This document shows positions 38,581-51,184 of a stretch of 64,000 nt of DNA, in pieces. The first letter of the stretch is position 1; the number at the start of each line of letters is the position of its first letter. The position numbers and the translations under genes were made by a program. Source of the stretch: Monocercomonoides exilis PA203 (lineage: Eukaryota > Protista > Preaxostyla); NCBI GenBank assembly GCA_001643675.2, contig LSRY02000028.1, positions 1 through 64,000 of the forward strand, in the 5' to 3' direction. The notes below the pieces were generated by a model. The model ran no database searches, was not told the DNA's origin, and saw nothing but the letters and a program-made list of their open reading frames with translations.

Positions 38581-40245
38581 ATGAGTACGAAAGCTCATAA
38601 TTCTGCTGCATTTTTTGTCACAATTTGTGCAGGAATGAGCTATGGAATCACTCAGTCAATAACTTCCGGAATTATAGAAGGCGTGAATGTCATATTTCTG
38701 ATTTATTCGAATAATTGCCAAAATTGTTGGATTATTGCAGAAGAACCTTGGTGCAATCTTAGCGATACGACAAAAGGCCTATTATCTTCTTCGGTTTTAT
38801 TTGGTGCTGCAGTTGGGTTTCAAACCTTTTTCTTTTCTATTAAAATTCTTTTTATTGTCTTTGAAATAGCTGTCTTCTATCAGGATTTTTGTCAGATAAA
38901 TTTGGACCAAAAAAAGTTATAATGCTTTCAGGACTTATTGTTGCTTTTTGCTCGTTAGGATTAGCACTTCAATCTCATGTTGCACTTTTTATTCTCCTTA
39001 GAATTGTCAGTGGACTGTCTATCGGTGCACTGAGTTCTATTGGACCTCTGTATGTTTCTGAGCAGTCGAGCACAGAGCGTAGAGGATCGCTTGTTTCAAT
39101 GTTTCAACTTTCCATTACTGTGGGAATTTTGATTGATTATGTTCTCAATCTCATATTTTTCTCAGTGAGAAACGGATGGAAGTGTGATCGTTTTTATTGC
39201 ATATTTTAATAATTAAAAATTATCTATTATAAACAAAGATGGGAGCTGGGACTTGTGGGGGTTTTACCTTTGCTAATGTTTGTAGGGTGCTGTTTCTGCT
39301 CTGAATCAGAACCTTGGCTTCAAAAGCATAGACGACAGCAGAAGGCATACAAACGAGAGCATGAACTCGATGAGGACAAACTTATAAGTGAATCTAATTC
39401 GAGTCAATTGTTTAGTTTTGATGAGGAAAAAAAAGATGACGTCCAGGATGATGACATTGACATCAACGAAATTGAAAGGATAACAGATGATAGTCCACTA
39501 TCAAGCTTATATCGCAGGATTCTTGATTCGCTTTCCGAGGCAAAGAAAGCACTTCTTTCATCAAAACGAGCCTTTATAGTGGGAGTTGTACTTTCAATGT
39601 CTGTTCAGCTTACAGGAATCAATGCAATCATCATGTACTCTCCATCAATCTTCGCAACAGTAGGAGTAGTTGATCACAAAAGCAAGCTTATTGCTACAAT
39701 ATGTGTGGGGTTGTGGAATTTTGTAAGTACATTTTTCTCGGTGTTTTTGGTATGTTTTCTTTCCTTTTTCTTTTTTTAACCTTTTTTAAAATATATTTTA
39801 ATAAATTATGTGAATAAAGGTTGATCGAGTTGGAAGACGACCTCTGATGATCGTTGGCTATTTGTTGATGGCTTTGGGGCATCTTTTTATTGTTCTATCG
39901 AAATTGTTGGGTTCTGTTGCAGATAAGCAATTTTTACTTGCAATTCCAGGAATTGCAATCTTCATCTTAGGATTTGAGGTGGGGCCAGGTCCAACGTTTC
40001 AGGTGCTGGTGTCCGAGCTATATCCGGCAGCTGCGCGTGGAAGAGCGATGTCTGTTATTCTTACAATCAATTGGTGCTCCTGCATCCTTCTTGTGTTTAC
40101 ATTTCTTCCGCTATCGCGTGCTCTTTCAGATTTGTGGTTGTTTGCGATCTTTCTGATTTTGTGTGTGCTGACACTTCTGTTTGTGGTAATTGCTATGCCT
40201 GAGACAAAAGGAAAATCGTTGGAAGAGATTGAAAGAGAACGCTGA
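38581..40245 (+). CDS. MFS sugar porter family transporter
   Basis: LSDKFGPKK, PLYVSEQSSTERRGSLVSMFQLSITVGIL, QLTGINAIIMYS, VDRVGRRPL, SELYPAAARGRAMS and PETKGKSLEEIE, with three introns. Confidence 0.95.
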
Positions 40246-40965
40246 ATGACAATGTCAGTCAGCATTTTAAGAAAATTTTGTTTTATTAACCTTATTTATA
40301 CCAAAATTCGCTAATGGAATTTGAATTTTTAAATGAATTTAAAGTTTTAAGTTTATTACAATAATGTAGAGTATTATATATACCCGAATATTATTTTGAA
40401 AAACTGAACAGAAAATTAAAGCTCATTTTTATCTGAATGCATGTTTCAGTTTGTTGAAAAGATAAAATATTAAAATGTTAATTTCAAATTCTCGAAAATG
40501 ATTATTTTAATCGTTCTCTAATAGTTTTTTCTCTTTCAAAGGAAATGAAAACAAATAACGGTGAGTGAAAAAAAGTTACCTTGGAAAAAACCTTTACACA
40601 TGCGTTTTCATCCAAAAATTTTCAATTTCGCAAATATTGCAGCTGTTTGTGTTTTCTTTTTTTCAAAATTAAATATGAACAGCAAATGTAATTTAATAAT
40701 TATTGTATTCTTATTCTTTGAATAAAAAGACATGGGATAAAATAATTCACTTTGTGAATTTAGTTCTTCGCAGCACTTTCAAAGATTTTTCTCAACATTT
40801 AAATGTTTTCATATTTTTTTTGCACGATAATGTCAGAATTATTATTATGAAATTGCAGAGAAAGTTTGCAAGAAATCTCAGTTTTTTTTTTTTTTTCCAT
40901 TATTGCGTTAATTTTTTCTCCGCATTCTTGTTATTTCACTCTGACCTGTTTGTGAAATCTATCTT

Positions 40966-40970
<5 letters not shown>

Positions 40971-41021
<51 letters not shown>
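40971..41021. repeat. Poly(T) tract, 51 nt (poly(A) on the minus strand)
   Basis: Seen directly. Confidence 0.95.
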
Positions 41022-41022
<1 letters not shown>

Positions 41023-41660
41023 ACAATGAAGATGCAACTTCTGACTTCAAAAAAGAAGAATGATCATTCAAAATATATATAAACATGAAAATGAAAATGG
41101 ATATAGACAAAATGTGAAGAACAAATAATCACAAAAAAGAGTTGCTGCCTGAAAACAAAATGAAAGAAAAATAGTTAATAAAAAAATATATATATACAAA
41201 TTAATTGCAAAAGAGAGTTACAAAGAAATAAAATATGAAAGAAAAATATCCCCAAGCGATAAATGAAAGAATAATAAATTTATGAAAGGTGTTGTAAATT
41301 ACACAAAAATTTTTAAAACAAATATTCATCAAATATTTAAGGAAAAAGAAAGGATTAATATCATGTTTCGAAAATCATTGAAAAATTTTTAAAAAAAAAA
41401 TGAAGTTGTTGTGAAAATTCAAGTCATCGCCCTCCATGCAGAAGCGGAAAAACTGAAAAAAATGAATTTGAACGAACATTGAAGCATTATTTGTTAATTT
41501 TCCATACTCTCTTTTCACTATTCTTTCCTCAAAATAACTGTTAGCAAAAAGACATTCAAGAATCTTATCCAATGCATTGACAAATAAAAATTATGAAAAG
41601 AAGTTCCGTCAATTGCTTTGATGAAACAAGAACAATTGCTCCTCAAAGCATAAGCCAGAT

Positions 41661-44600
41661 TCATGGACTGTTCGAGATGAGCGAGGCACAAACAATTTTT
41701 GTTTCTTCAGTGTAATCGATTGCATCTGACACAGTCACTATCGTTGCTCCAGGCGGAAAGCGTTGGAAAAACTCGCGCTTCATCCCAAACAGCGATGGGC
41801 GATCGTCTTTGTTCTGTGCCACTGATGATCTCACCAGACGGTTGTATGTCGTTCCATCCGTTTGTGACATATCCGGTCTCTCCCCATTCACAATCTTCTG
41901 CCCAGCTACCTCTGCCTCAAACTCCCCAAATGGGATCTGAAGTGTCAAGCACTCCCATAGCATCATTCCGATCGAGAATGCAACTGATTCCTTTGTTGCT
42001 CCCATCTTCTTGTTGATCAACAGTTCTGGAGCCTTCCATCTCAGGCACTCTTTTTTGAAGTCATCTTCATCCTCAAAGGCAGACGAGGGAAGAGAATCTT
42101 CATCGTCGTCATTATCACTGGCAGAAGTCACAACAGTCGACGAGGAGATCGACGATGAGTCTGAATCATCAGATGAAAGGAAATCAGAGTGCATCACAAC
42201 GCAGATCACCATGTGCTCTGAGAACAGCACAATGTGCGGACTCAGACTGCTCAGCGACTGAAGCGGAATTTCCGTTTCGTCGAAAGAATGGAGCGCAAGA
42301 TTAGCCACCCAGAACAGGATCTGGGCTGCTGTCAGCTCCCTCTCCTCCAAAGAGCCAATCGCCATTTCCTTCTTCTCATTCCTTCCATGAAGCAACATGA
42401 ACAGCGAATCCCTCAGATCCACAATCAATTTTTCATGTGGAGACGAGCATGCCATTGCATCCACCAGATTCGACATAGATGAGGTTGTTGGACACAGATC
42501 CTCCCCTCGAACAAATGTTGATTCTGTGTCTGAAGTATCTGTGGTAGAAGTGGATGAAATGGAAGGTGATGGTGTTCGCTTTCTTGTCTCTTCCTCAACT
42601 TCTTTCTCATCCACCTTCTCCAGCATCCACTCTGGGATCTTGTCTGAGTCTCTTCCCAAAATGTATTCAGTGGAGCCACTTTCAGACAGAAGATGCTCAG
42701 ATGACTCCGAATGCCCCAAGCTTTTCTCATACACCCTCTTCTTTATCCTCTCTTCGTTCTTCTTTTCAGCTTCCCTCTCGGCTCTCCTCCACTGCTCCTC
42801 TGGTGACATCTCCATCGTCACCATCTCAAATGCCTTCGGGTCTTTTCTGATGTTGTCATTCACAATCTCTCTCAGATCTTCTGCTTCATTCTTCGCCTTC
42901 CTCCATCGGACAGCCAAAGCAACAATGACTACAAGCAGGATAGCACAAACAACGCACACAATAATCACGATAATCGTCCATTTCGATTTTCCTTCTTTTC
43001 CTCCTTCAACAATCCTTTCATCTCCTTTTGATTCTGGCGCACTTGCATTCTTAAGAATGAATGACCGAGTTGATGAAGGAGACTCTCCATTTCCAAACAA
43101 AATGCATACGCTCACTTCTGTCTCCTCTTTCGCTTTCTCCAATTCTGAAGACGAAATAATTGAATGAATCTCATTCTCCGAAATATAACCTTCTTCATCA
43201 ATTTCCTCTCTCACAATTTCCTCTTCATCTCCATTTTTCATGCAAATCTTCAGCGACAAGTTGCACGGAAGAAGCAGCTTCCCGCGAATGTTCAAGTCCA
43301 CGCTCCCACTCGCCTGTGTTGTGTTCTTCACTTCTTCCAGAACCGGCACAAAATACGACGATCCTCTTTCTGAAGCTATCCCTCCCAATTGGCATCCTTC
43401 GTCCAATATCCACAGCGATGAGTTATCTTTCAGTCCATCTCCCCCTTTCACGCTCGCAACATTCAGCTCCCCATTCCCTGTGCAAATCGTATTCCTTCGA
43501 GCTGATGGATATCCTTCAATCTCAGGATTGTTGTTTTCAAATTCTCCTTTTTCAATCTTCACACCCCCTCCACTCACCCACAATCCGCCTGTCTTGCTCC
43601 TCATAATTGTTGTTTCTTTCATCTCCACACAGCCGTTTTCAATATCAACCAAGGACCCATTCCATTTGCATAATCCTTCTATTCTCTTTTTTATTTCATT
43701 GAAATTTTCTTTTTCTTTTTCTCCATCAAACAGGCATGCCTCAATCCTCACATTTTTGGATTGCCTTATCTGCATCATGCTTCCCTTGTCCACAGAATTC
43801 ACACACTTTCCAAATGAGCTGTTCAGCACACTCACCTTTTGCTCATGATCTTCCAAAGCAACAACACATCTTTCTGATGCTAGAGTCACATTCTCAATCA
43901 TCATCTCTTTCATCTCCACCTTCGCTTTTCCTCCAACGCTCACAACATCTTTCTCACATTCGATATTCGATATTCTTGCTTCATCAATTATCACATCTGA
44001 TTCTTCACAAAATGAAAGCACTGATCTTGTTGAATGAATATCTCTGAATGTTGTTTCTGAAATCTTCAACTCTCCACTTTCCATACTCACAATTGAACTG
44101 TTCATCTTCAGTTCAATTGCTGAAGAGAAGAACTCACATTTTTGAATCTTAGTTGATCCATTCTTCACTTTCATAAGGTAACTGTGAGTTGATTCTAATC
44201 CATCTTCAAACTGGAATGAACACCTCTCCACTGAGCATTCATTCACAAACTCCATGATGCAATCCTTCTCTGTTGATTTCTCAATCTTGGATTTAAATTT
44301 CACAATCGCCTGCGTCTTTTTGAATGAATTCACAACCAGGTTTCCAATCACACATTCACCATAAACGCCCCCTTCCTCGTCAATCAGAATCGCATTCATT
44401 ACTCCTTCCTGAATGTGATCAACCCCACAGTTGATACTCACACACGGACTGCTCTGTGCCCCGCATCGTCTGCCATCCTCCCCTCCAACATTCAAAAACA
44501 CTTGCAGACCTTTAAAGTATGTGATCAGCGGAATCAGATCCTTGATTCCCTCGATTTCTGAATCGCATCCGCAGATGGAGTTGTCTGAGTTCAATGACTC

Positions 44601-47600
44601 CTGGTTGTAGTTCAAAGTGAACAGCGTTTCGTTTATTTGGTGCTCAATCGAGTAACATTTGATGAATATATCGTTCCCAACAAAAGCCTCATTCATATAA
44701 AACATGATATTCACAATGTTAATCCTCAGGCGTGGTATCTGAGTTTCATCAGCATAGTTAACATTTGGATCGGCTCCATTGATAAACAGTCCTCCGCCGC
44801 GCCCTGTATCAGTCGAGCATCTGCACATCGAAAGCGTGCTCCCATTCACTTTCAAAACAGATTCTTCGCTCTTCAGAGTCGCTCTCATCCCCCCTCCTTC
44901 TGTGCTCAAATCACTCTTGCAATTTGATATCGAACACTCATCGATCACACACTCCACTCCATGCTCAAATGATCCAACTTCAATGACACTCGCCCCAATC
45001 CCTTCATTCGTGATGTTGACAAATGAACACCCAACAACCCTCAGAACTGGTCTGTTGTCATTTGCATATGAATGAGTGTTTTCTTTTTCATTCATCTGGC
45101 TTTCTTCCTCCATCATCGATATCAGACTTCTTTCTGTCACAGCAGCAAATGAAATGTTCACATTCTGAATAATCACCTCACCTGCACTTGGGCTGAAAGC
45201 AATCAACCCTTTCAACTCTGAAATCAAACTCAACGAACACCTCTCAATCACAACACTCCCCCCATTCACTCTCATCACACAATATCCAAAACTTTCTGCC
45301 ACTCCCCTCCCTGGGCCAAATGAACAGTCAGAGACAGACAATAATGTGTTTGTTCCAGATGATTCAATCAATACTTCATGATGGGTTGTGATGGATGGCT
45401 TGGTGAATGACACATTCACAAATGACAGACTCACATTCGAGGATATCATTGAATCATTATCCAGATCATTCTCATCTTCATCACTGATCGTCACCCCTGT
45501 CCCTTTCTTTGTTCCTTCAATCACCACTTTTGGTGACTCTGAAATTGATGATGAAAAAGACAAAAATGAAGATGAAAATGATATGGAATGGCTCAGGAAC
45601 CCTGATCCCACAATGGCAATATGTGTTTCCCCTTCTCCAAGTGTTGGATATCGAAGTGATATCAAGTGGTCAATCGATGTGCATGGTGCTTCTGAATATC
45701 CACACCAACTGAAGTCTCCTCCTTTCTCTCTCGAAACAAACCCATCCCCACTCCAGTTCCTCCACAAAAACACAACCAGTGGAATCACATATCCCTCCTC
45801 CCCTGTCGTCTTCCTCTCCCATCCACACAACTCATCCAACAATCTCAGCTCCTCTGAACTCATTTCCCATTTCAAATGCTCCTTGTTCACGATCTCACTC
45901 AGATCCCATCCTGAAACAAACATGTTCTTCCCTTTCCAGGCATTGCATCCTTCAAATTCCATTCCTTCAAGCACAAATAATCCAATCTCTTCAGGAAGCT
46001 CAACAAACATCCCTCCTCCAATTCCTCTTCCCACTTCATCAATATCCTCTGATGGCACAGCACACCCTGATAAGTTCACATTTTTCATCTCCAAACTCCC
46101 TCCCTTCCCAACTGAAACCATCGTCCCTCCTCCTTTCATCCCACTACCGCCTGAACATACTGATGACAAATTGCATTCTTCAATATTTGCAACCCCATTG
46201 ACACCCATCTCCACATTCAAACATCCTCCTCCAATTCCACCTGTCACTTTCACTCCCCTCATTCTGCTGTTATTCATCTCCAATTCAACTCCATTCGAAA
46301 TGACAATTGGAGATTTCTCATTCATTCTCAATCCCACTTCTATCACAAATCCATTCACAATCAACCCTCCTCCCTCAATACAAATTACGTTATATCCAAT
46401 CAATTCATTATTTGCAAATAAAACAGAACAGCTGGTCATTGAAATGGTTGATGATGATGAGTGGATAAATGTTCTTCTCTTCCCATTCATTTCTTCATTC
46501 AACATGAATGCCAAATTCATCATATCAAATGATTTTGTGCACTCAATAAGGTTGTTTTGGGTTATCGAACCTTCATCCCTCGCAACCACCTTCGTCCCTT
46601 CTTCTTTCCCAGATATACACACCCCAAATGAAGCCACTTTCATCTCATTCTTTATCAACGATTCTGAGATAATTTCAATCTCATTCACATTGATGCTCGC
46701 TCTCTTCTCAACACAATAGTCAATCGTCTCACACCCAAACTTCTCAAATCCACATCGGCTGTGATCCAATGCCACCTCTCCGCTCCCATCCACTGTCAAT
46801 TTTGAGCCAATTGAACACAAATACACAAACAGCGGAATTACTTCCTCTTCTCTCCCATTCTCACTCCCACACAACTCCAAAACATCAGAGCGAATAAAAC
46901 TTGAGTCAAAAAATGAAAATGAAGTTGAATTTATTTTTGACTCCAACAACACACTTCTCCCACAATGAACAAACAAATTCTTCCCATATCTCGCTTTGTT
47001 ATTCTCTCCAAACAAACCCTCTCTTCCTGATTCAATTTTCAATGAGCTGTCTCTGCTCTCCATCACAATCATTATTCCTCCTCCTCTTCCTTCACATCTT
47101 CCTTCACTTCCACCTTCTCTTTCCCCTGAACTCTTCGCCTCACGTCCATTAATCGCACAACTCCCATTCACAACAACACCTCCTTCCCCTTTCACAACAA
47201 CACGAATCCCACCTCCTCTTCCATTGCAGCTACACCCCTTTACAATACACGATTCAATCACAATTATCCCATTAACCCCGTCATCTCTTTCTGCACCAAC
47301 CACTCCACTCAACCATCCCCCATCTCCATTTCTCTTCTCAATGTCGTTCACATCACATCCACAAAACACAACTGATTTCACTCCTTCAGTAAACTCGATC
47401 AGTGAATGCTCTCCAAATGTCAATGTCTCTGTGATCACCAATCCCTCCACTTTCACTTTTCCCCCAACCACATTCACAAAACAATATCCAATGGAATTCT
47501 CAGAGGGACAAACAACAGAACAGTCAGTGAATATGATGAGAATGGAATTGGATGAAATCAGCGATGATGCACCAGATAGAGCAAATGGAATGCTAAACCT

Positions 47601-50600
47601 GATGTTTCTCATTGAACATTTGCTCAAAACCTCAATCAGACAAGATGACTCAAAAATCTCTGGTGCTTTCACACCCACTTCCTTCTCATTTGTGCTTGAA
47701 AAAATGTCCCATTCAAAGGAACCATTTACCGTAACCTCTTCAGCAAGCTCAAATCCTGAATCCAATTCGATCTTCTTGTTTGTGTCTGGATGTCGTGTTT
47801 GAGCTGCATGGGTGATGGTGGCACACGGATAATAGTCAAATCCACAGAACCACGAGTCGTATCCACCCAGCCCATCCTTCACCTTCCCCACATGTGACTC
47901 ACTTGGATATGAATCCAGAAACACATTCAGTGGGAATAGCCCCATTGTTGTGTCACTCCGATCATATCCCACAATCTCATTGTATTTTGAATTGTTATGT
48001 TGGACATTCAGCTTTTCAGTTGTAATTGTCCATCTCTCTGAATCGCTCCCATTCACAAACACATAATTCCCTCCCGATGAAGCAGAACACCCTGAAAAGT
48101 CAACTGACACAATCGAGAAGTCAATCGAGTTGTCAGCCAGATACAGCATCATCCCTCCTCCATATTTGCCACTTGCGCATCTCTTGATTGTTGTTGTTCT
48201 TTCAACCCGCAACTTGCTTGTGTCTGTTTCCAACTCAACCTTGATTCCTCCACCACTGCCATTCTTGCTCTCACAATCTTCGATTGTTACATTCTGAACA
48301 ACAAATGTCTCCCCCTCCTTCACACTCTTTTCCACAACCACCCCATCTCCACTTGTTAACTTCACATTCTGAACTGTCACATTTGCCAGTGTGCTCTCTC
48401 CCGATGTTGCAGACGTTAAGTACAATATAGATGAAGAGAATGAAGAAGGAGAAGATAGATCCGGCTCAGAGAACAATGATTTTGAGACATTCATATTTAT
48501 GATCTCCACACCAACCATCGATAGCTGTGACAGCGGCACCACAAACACTGACGACGAAATTGCATTCGTTCTCCTTCCAAAAATGCTCGTGGTGATTACA
48601 ACATCTTCCAGCGAGAGTGATCCATTCCTATCAGAAACCACAACCACGCTCGGTGAATGACTTGAATTTGAGTTACAATCAACCTTCATATGCAATAAAC
48701 CAAGATGACCTGTCGACACACTGAACAGCGGTCCAGATGAAAAAAGTGCTCCTGTTCCAATCGAACTTTCCATCCTCCCTTTCCCGATGACTGAAATCTT
48801 CTTTTCCCCAATATCAATAGTTGTTGTCTCGCTTTGATGATTTCCTTCCAACAGGTTAATCGCTAAGCTAATTTGTACCTCACACATTTTTAAAGCTTTC
48901 TTTACTGTTAGACACGCATGTGTCGTATTTTCCCCACAAAATTGAGATGCATCACTCCCATTCACTGACACATATATCGTTTTGTCCTTCAGCCAAACCT
49001 TCTTTTCCGTGTGCTGAAATGTCCAACTCTCAGGACTCGAATAGTTATATCCGTAACATACTCTCCTGTCATCTGTATTCGTTGTGTAGCATTCAAAGAA
49101 TGGATTATCCGAAGACAAATATAGGCTGTGTTCATCTTCGTAATATATGTCATGACCACATGGAGTATTTTCCAGACACTTGCAATCATAAAAAAAGAAG
49201 AAATAACAATAATGCCCATCACTTGGTATTGTTGCTTGATTTGGATGTAATCTCAAACCACCTCCATATGATGCTGCTGAACATGAGAAAAACTGAATGT
49301 TCCACATTTTGAATGGTGTGGCAGGAACAGTTGCACAATACATTCCTCCACCATAATAATTTGTGACGAAGCACGAAGTGAAACTGCAGTTGAACACGCA
49401 TGCGCTCTCCCCTTCTCCTTTTTCTTCCCCAATGCATCCTTGCACTGAAACATGAAAAGAATGAAGATAAAGCCCTCCTCCATAACTATTTGCTTTGCAA
49501 TTCTGGAATTTACATTTACTGATTCGAGTACATGATAAAATGGTGTGAGAATACAATCCTCCTCCATATTGATTTTGAGCAGTACATATATCAAAAGTGT
49601 TGTTCTCGATTTGAATTGACTTAATAATGTAACATATAATTCCCCCGCCCCGGCTAAATGCAAAACAATTATTAAACAAACAATTCGAAACAACAAGTTC
49701 TCCAGAATTGAGATTGTTCATACATATAGCCCCTCCACTAGATTTTCCATCGGAATATGAATCGCTTGTTCCTGTTGTTTTCGATCCGTTCCACTCGCAC
49801 CAAATGAATGTATTTGGTCCATCATCTGTTTTATTTTGTCTCGCTGGATGTTTCCTTTCATTTTCTGTTCCGATGTGTTCAACATTTCTTGTTCGACAGC
49901 ATCCAATAAACGTGGTGTTTGAGGCAGTTAAAGAGGCCAAGGGGTTGTTGAGCGAGGGAACAATTCCTCCATCATACACGTCACAAACCGATGAAAATGA
50001 GCAACTGCTCATCAGACATGTAGTTTGGGAAAAGGAAGTTGTTGGAGATGAACAATCTGAAGATGCTGTTGAGATGTTGAAAAATATCAGATGAGAAAGT
50101 GAAACATGAGGAATAGAGAGTGAAGAGAGGAACGGGGCTGATGTGACGCAAAAAGAAGAGAAACAAGAAGAATAAACAGAAACAGAACATTTTTCTGAAA
50201 ACTCTCCTTTTCGTGTTTTTGAAGAAAAAAGAGATGGAAATGATTGCAAAATTTCAGTTGAAGATGATCTCAGTGAAATGTTGGTGAAATATCCATATCC
50301 TCCAGTCAACAAAAATGGAGATGTTTCACTCTTTACCATTATGCTACAACCATCCATTTCGGAAAAACTTCCATCCCCAACTTCAAAAATATTTCTTTCA
50401 TCGTTTTGGATCAGTCCCAATGATATGAGCTTCATTGAAGAATTTATCAGAATAAAATATCCGTCAATATCACTTTCTTTCCGTTTTCTTCCCGTTTTCT
50501 TCGTTTCTCCTTCATTTAAAAAATGTGATTCGTTCATTATCTCTTCCCTACTGTCTTCCTCAATTTGGTTGTTTCTTTTATCTGGTTGCTTTTGATATTT

Positions 50601-50846
50601 CTTCCTAATTATTTTATGTTTTTCACATTCATTCATTCCATCTTGATTCTCTTCGATTAATATTTCTAATATGTTTGCATCTCCATTTATGTCCTTTTGA
50701 GAACTTCCCAACAAAGTGTGGTTCAATATTTCCATTTTTCTTTCGTTTGTTGATTTCTCCACAAGTTCTACCTCAGCGCCAGTGGCACCATGATTCATGC
50801 ACTTCATACACATTATGCAAACATAACAACATATTTCTAACAGCAT
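41661..50846 (-). CDS. Giant intronless type-I membrane protein: Cys/Gly-rich beta-helix-like ectodomain, one TM helix and a degenerate kinase C-lobe
   Basis: ORF of ~3060 aa from the ATG at 50846. It has repeated (F..C....)GGG(I/L/M) and YVS..G.D...CG....PC motifs, TM WTIIVIIVCVVCAILLVVIVALAV, and LRWKAPELL...AFSIGMMLWECLTLQIPF...IVNGERP, with no HRD, DFG or Gly-loop. Confidence 0.9.
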   Translation of the reverse strand: MLLEICCYVCIMCMKCMNHGATGAEVELVEKSTNERKMEILNHTLLGSSQKDINGDANILEILIEENQDGMNECEKHKIIRKKYQKQPDKRNNQIEEDSREEIMNESHFLNEGETKKTGRKRKESDIDGYFILINSSMKLISLGLIQNDERNIFEVGDGSFSEMDGCSIMVKSETSPFLLTGGYGYFTNISLRSSSTEILQSFPSLFSSKTRKGEFSEKCSVSVYSSCFSSFCVTSAPFLSSLSIPHVSLSHLIFFNISTASSDCSSPTTSFSQTTCLMSSCSFSSVCDVYDGGIVPSLNNPLASLTASNTTFIGCCRTRNVEHIGTENERKHPARQNKTDDGPNTFIWCEWNGSKTTGTSDSYSDGKSSGGAICMNNLNSGELVVSNCLFNNCFAFSRGGGIICYIIKSIQIENNTFDICTAQNQYGGGLYSHTILSCTRISKCKFQNCKANSYGGGLYLHSFHVSVQGCIGEEKGEGESACVFNCSFTSCFVTNYYGGGMYCATVPATPFKMWNIQFFSCSAASYGGGLRLHPNQATIPSDGHYCYFFFFYDCKCLENTPCGHDIYYEDEHSLYLSSDNPFFECYTTNTDDRRVCYGYNYSSPESWTFQHTEKKVWLKDKTIYVSVNGSDASQFCGENTTHACLTVKKALKMCEVQISLAINLLEGNHQSETTTIDIGEKKISVIGKGRMESSIGTGALFSSGPLFSVSTGHLGLLHMKVDCNSNSSHSPSVVVVSDRNGSLSLEDVVITTSIFGRRTNAISSSVFVVPLSQLSMVGVEIINMNVSKSLFSEPDLSSPSSFSSSILYLTSATSGESTLANVTVQNVKLTSGDGVVVEKSVKEGETFVVQNVTIEDCESKNGSGGGIKVELETDTSKLRVERTTTIKRCASGKYGGGMMLYLADNSIDFSIVSVDFSGCSASSGGNYVFVNGSDSERWTITTEKLNVQHNNSKYNEIVGYDRSDTTMGLFPLNVFLDSYPSESHVGKVKDGLGGYDSWFCGFDYYPCATITHAAQTRHPDTNKKIELDSGFELAEEVTVNGSFEWDIFSSTNEKEVGVKAPEIFESSCLIEVLSKCSMRNIRFSIPFALSGASSLISSNSILIIFTDCSVVCPSENSIGYCFVNVVGGKVKVEGLVITETLTFGEHSLIEFTEGVKSVVFCGCDVNDIEKRNGDGGWLSGVVGAERDDGVNGIIVIESCIVKGCSCNGRGGGIRVVVKGEGGVVVNGSCAINGREAKSSGEREGGSEGRCEGRGGGIMIVMESRDSSLKIESGREGLFGENNKARYGKNLFVHCGRSVLLESKINSTSFSFFDSSFIRSDVLELCGSENGREEEVIPLFVYLCSIGSKLTVDGSGEVALDHSRCGFEKFGCETIDYCVEKRASINVNEIEIISESLIKNEMKVASFGVCISGKEEGTKVVARDEGSITQNNLIECTKSFDMMNLAFMLNEEMNGKRRTFIHSSSSTISMTSCSVLFANNELIGYNVICIEGGGLIVNGFVIEVGLRMNEKSPIVISNGVELEMNNSRMRGVKVTGGIGGGCLNVEMGVNGVANIEECNLSSVCSGGSGMKGGGTMVSVGKGGSLEMKNVNLSGCAVPSEDIDEVGRGIGGGMFVELPEEIGLFVLEGMEFEGCNAWKGKNMFVSGWDLSEIVNKEHLKWEMSSEELRLLDELCGWERKTTGEEGYVIPLVVFLWRNWSGDGFVSREKGGDFSWCGYSEAPCTSIDHLISLRYPTLGEGETHIAIVGSGFLSHSISFSSSFLSFSSSISESPKVVIEGTKKGTGVTISDEDENDLDNDSMISSNVSLSFVNVSFTKPSITTHHEVLIESSGTNTLLSVSDCSFGPGRGVAESFGYCVMRVNGGSVVIERCSLSLISELKGLIAFSPSAGEVIIQNVNISFAAVTERSLISMMEEESQMNEKENTHSYANDNRPVLRVVGCSFVNITNEGIGASVIEVGSFEHGVECVIDECSISNCKSDLSTEGGGMRATLKSEESVLKVNGSTLSMCRCSTDTGRGGGLFINGADPNVNYADETQIPRLRINIVNIMFYMNEAFVGNDIFIKCYSIEHQINETLFTLNYNQESLNSDNSICGCDSEIEGIKDLIPLITYFKGLQVFLNVGGEDGRRCGAQSSPCVSINCGVDHIQEGVMNAILIDEEGGVYGECVIGNLVVNSFKKTQAIVKFKSKIEKSTEKDCIMEFVNECSVERCSFQFEDGLESTHSYLMKVKNGSTKIQKCEFFSSAIELKMNSSIVSMESGELKISETTFRDIHSTRSVLSFCEESDVIIDEARISNIECEKDVVSVGGKAKVEMKEMMIENVTLASERCVVALEDHEQKVSVLNSSFGKCVNSVDKGSMMQIRQSKNVRIEACLFDGEKEKENFNEIKKRIEGLCKWNGSLVDIENGCVEMKETTIMRSKTGGLWVSGGGVKIEKGEFENNNPEIEGYPSARRNTICTGNGELNVASVKGGDGLKDNSSLWILDEGCQLGGIASERGSSYFVPVLEEVKNTTQASGSVDLNIRGKLLLPCNLSLKICMKNGDEEEIVREEIDEEGYISENEIHSIISSSELEKAKEETEVSVCILFGNGESPSSTRSFILKNASAPESKGDERIVEGGKEGKSKWTIIVIIVCVVCAILLVVIVALAVRWRKAKNEAEDLREIVNDNIRKDPKAFEMVTMEMSPEEQWRRAEREAEKKNEERIKKRVYEKSLGHSESSEHLLSESGSTEYILGRDSDKIPEWMLEKVDEKEVEEETRKRTPSPSISSTSTTDTSDTESTFVRGEDLCPTTSSMSNLVDAMACSSPHEKLIVDLRDSLFMLLHGRNEKKEMAIGSLEERELTAAQILFWVANLALHSFDETEIPLQSLSSLSPHIVLFSEHMVICVVMHSDFLSSDDSDSSSISSSTVVTSASDNDDDEDSLPSSAFEDEDDFKKECLRWKAPELLINKKMGATKESVAFSIGMMLWECLTLQIPFGEFEAEVAGQKIVNGERPDMSQTDGTTYNRLVRSSVAQNKDDRPSLFGMKREFFQRFPPGATIVTVSDAIDYTEETKIVCASLISNSP

Positions 50847-51177
50847 GGAACTTATCCACACGAAGAAAATACTTTTCTTTTCTTAACGGTTTTCTCTTTT
50901 TTAGTATGGGAAAAATATTATGAAAAAATCATCTGAATATTTGAGATATAAATATAATTAAAAAATATAAATTATGATGATGTGTTCAAAATGGTGAAAT
51001 TATTTTTGGAAATGTTCAATTGTTAAACAATGAGTTAATTATTCATGTGTTTTTTTTTCGACATAATTATTGTCACAGAGACTATAGTTACGAAAAAAAT
51101 TTATCATGGAATAGAATTTTTTCATAACTCCCAATGAAATGAAGAATTAAGTTTGTTTCATCCGCCACCTGTGTTCA

Positions 51178-51184
<7 letters not shown>

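Noticed and set aside
40558-40600. GGAAAAAACCTTTACACA resembling the pogo left subterminal sequence
   Set aside because: It is too short and no partner end was found; at most an old relic.
41699-50595. Many plus-strand ORFs antisense to the giant gene (likewise opposite 26185-31215 and 34630-38334)
   Set aside because: They are shadow ORFs caused by codon bias and low complexity, with no independent motifs.
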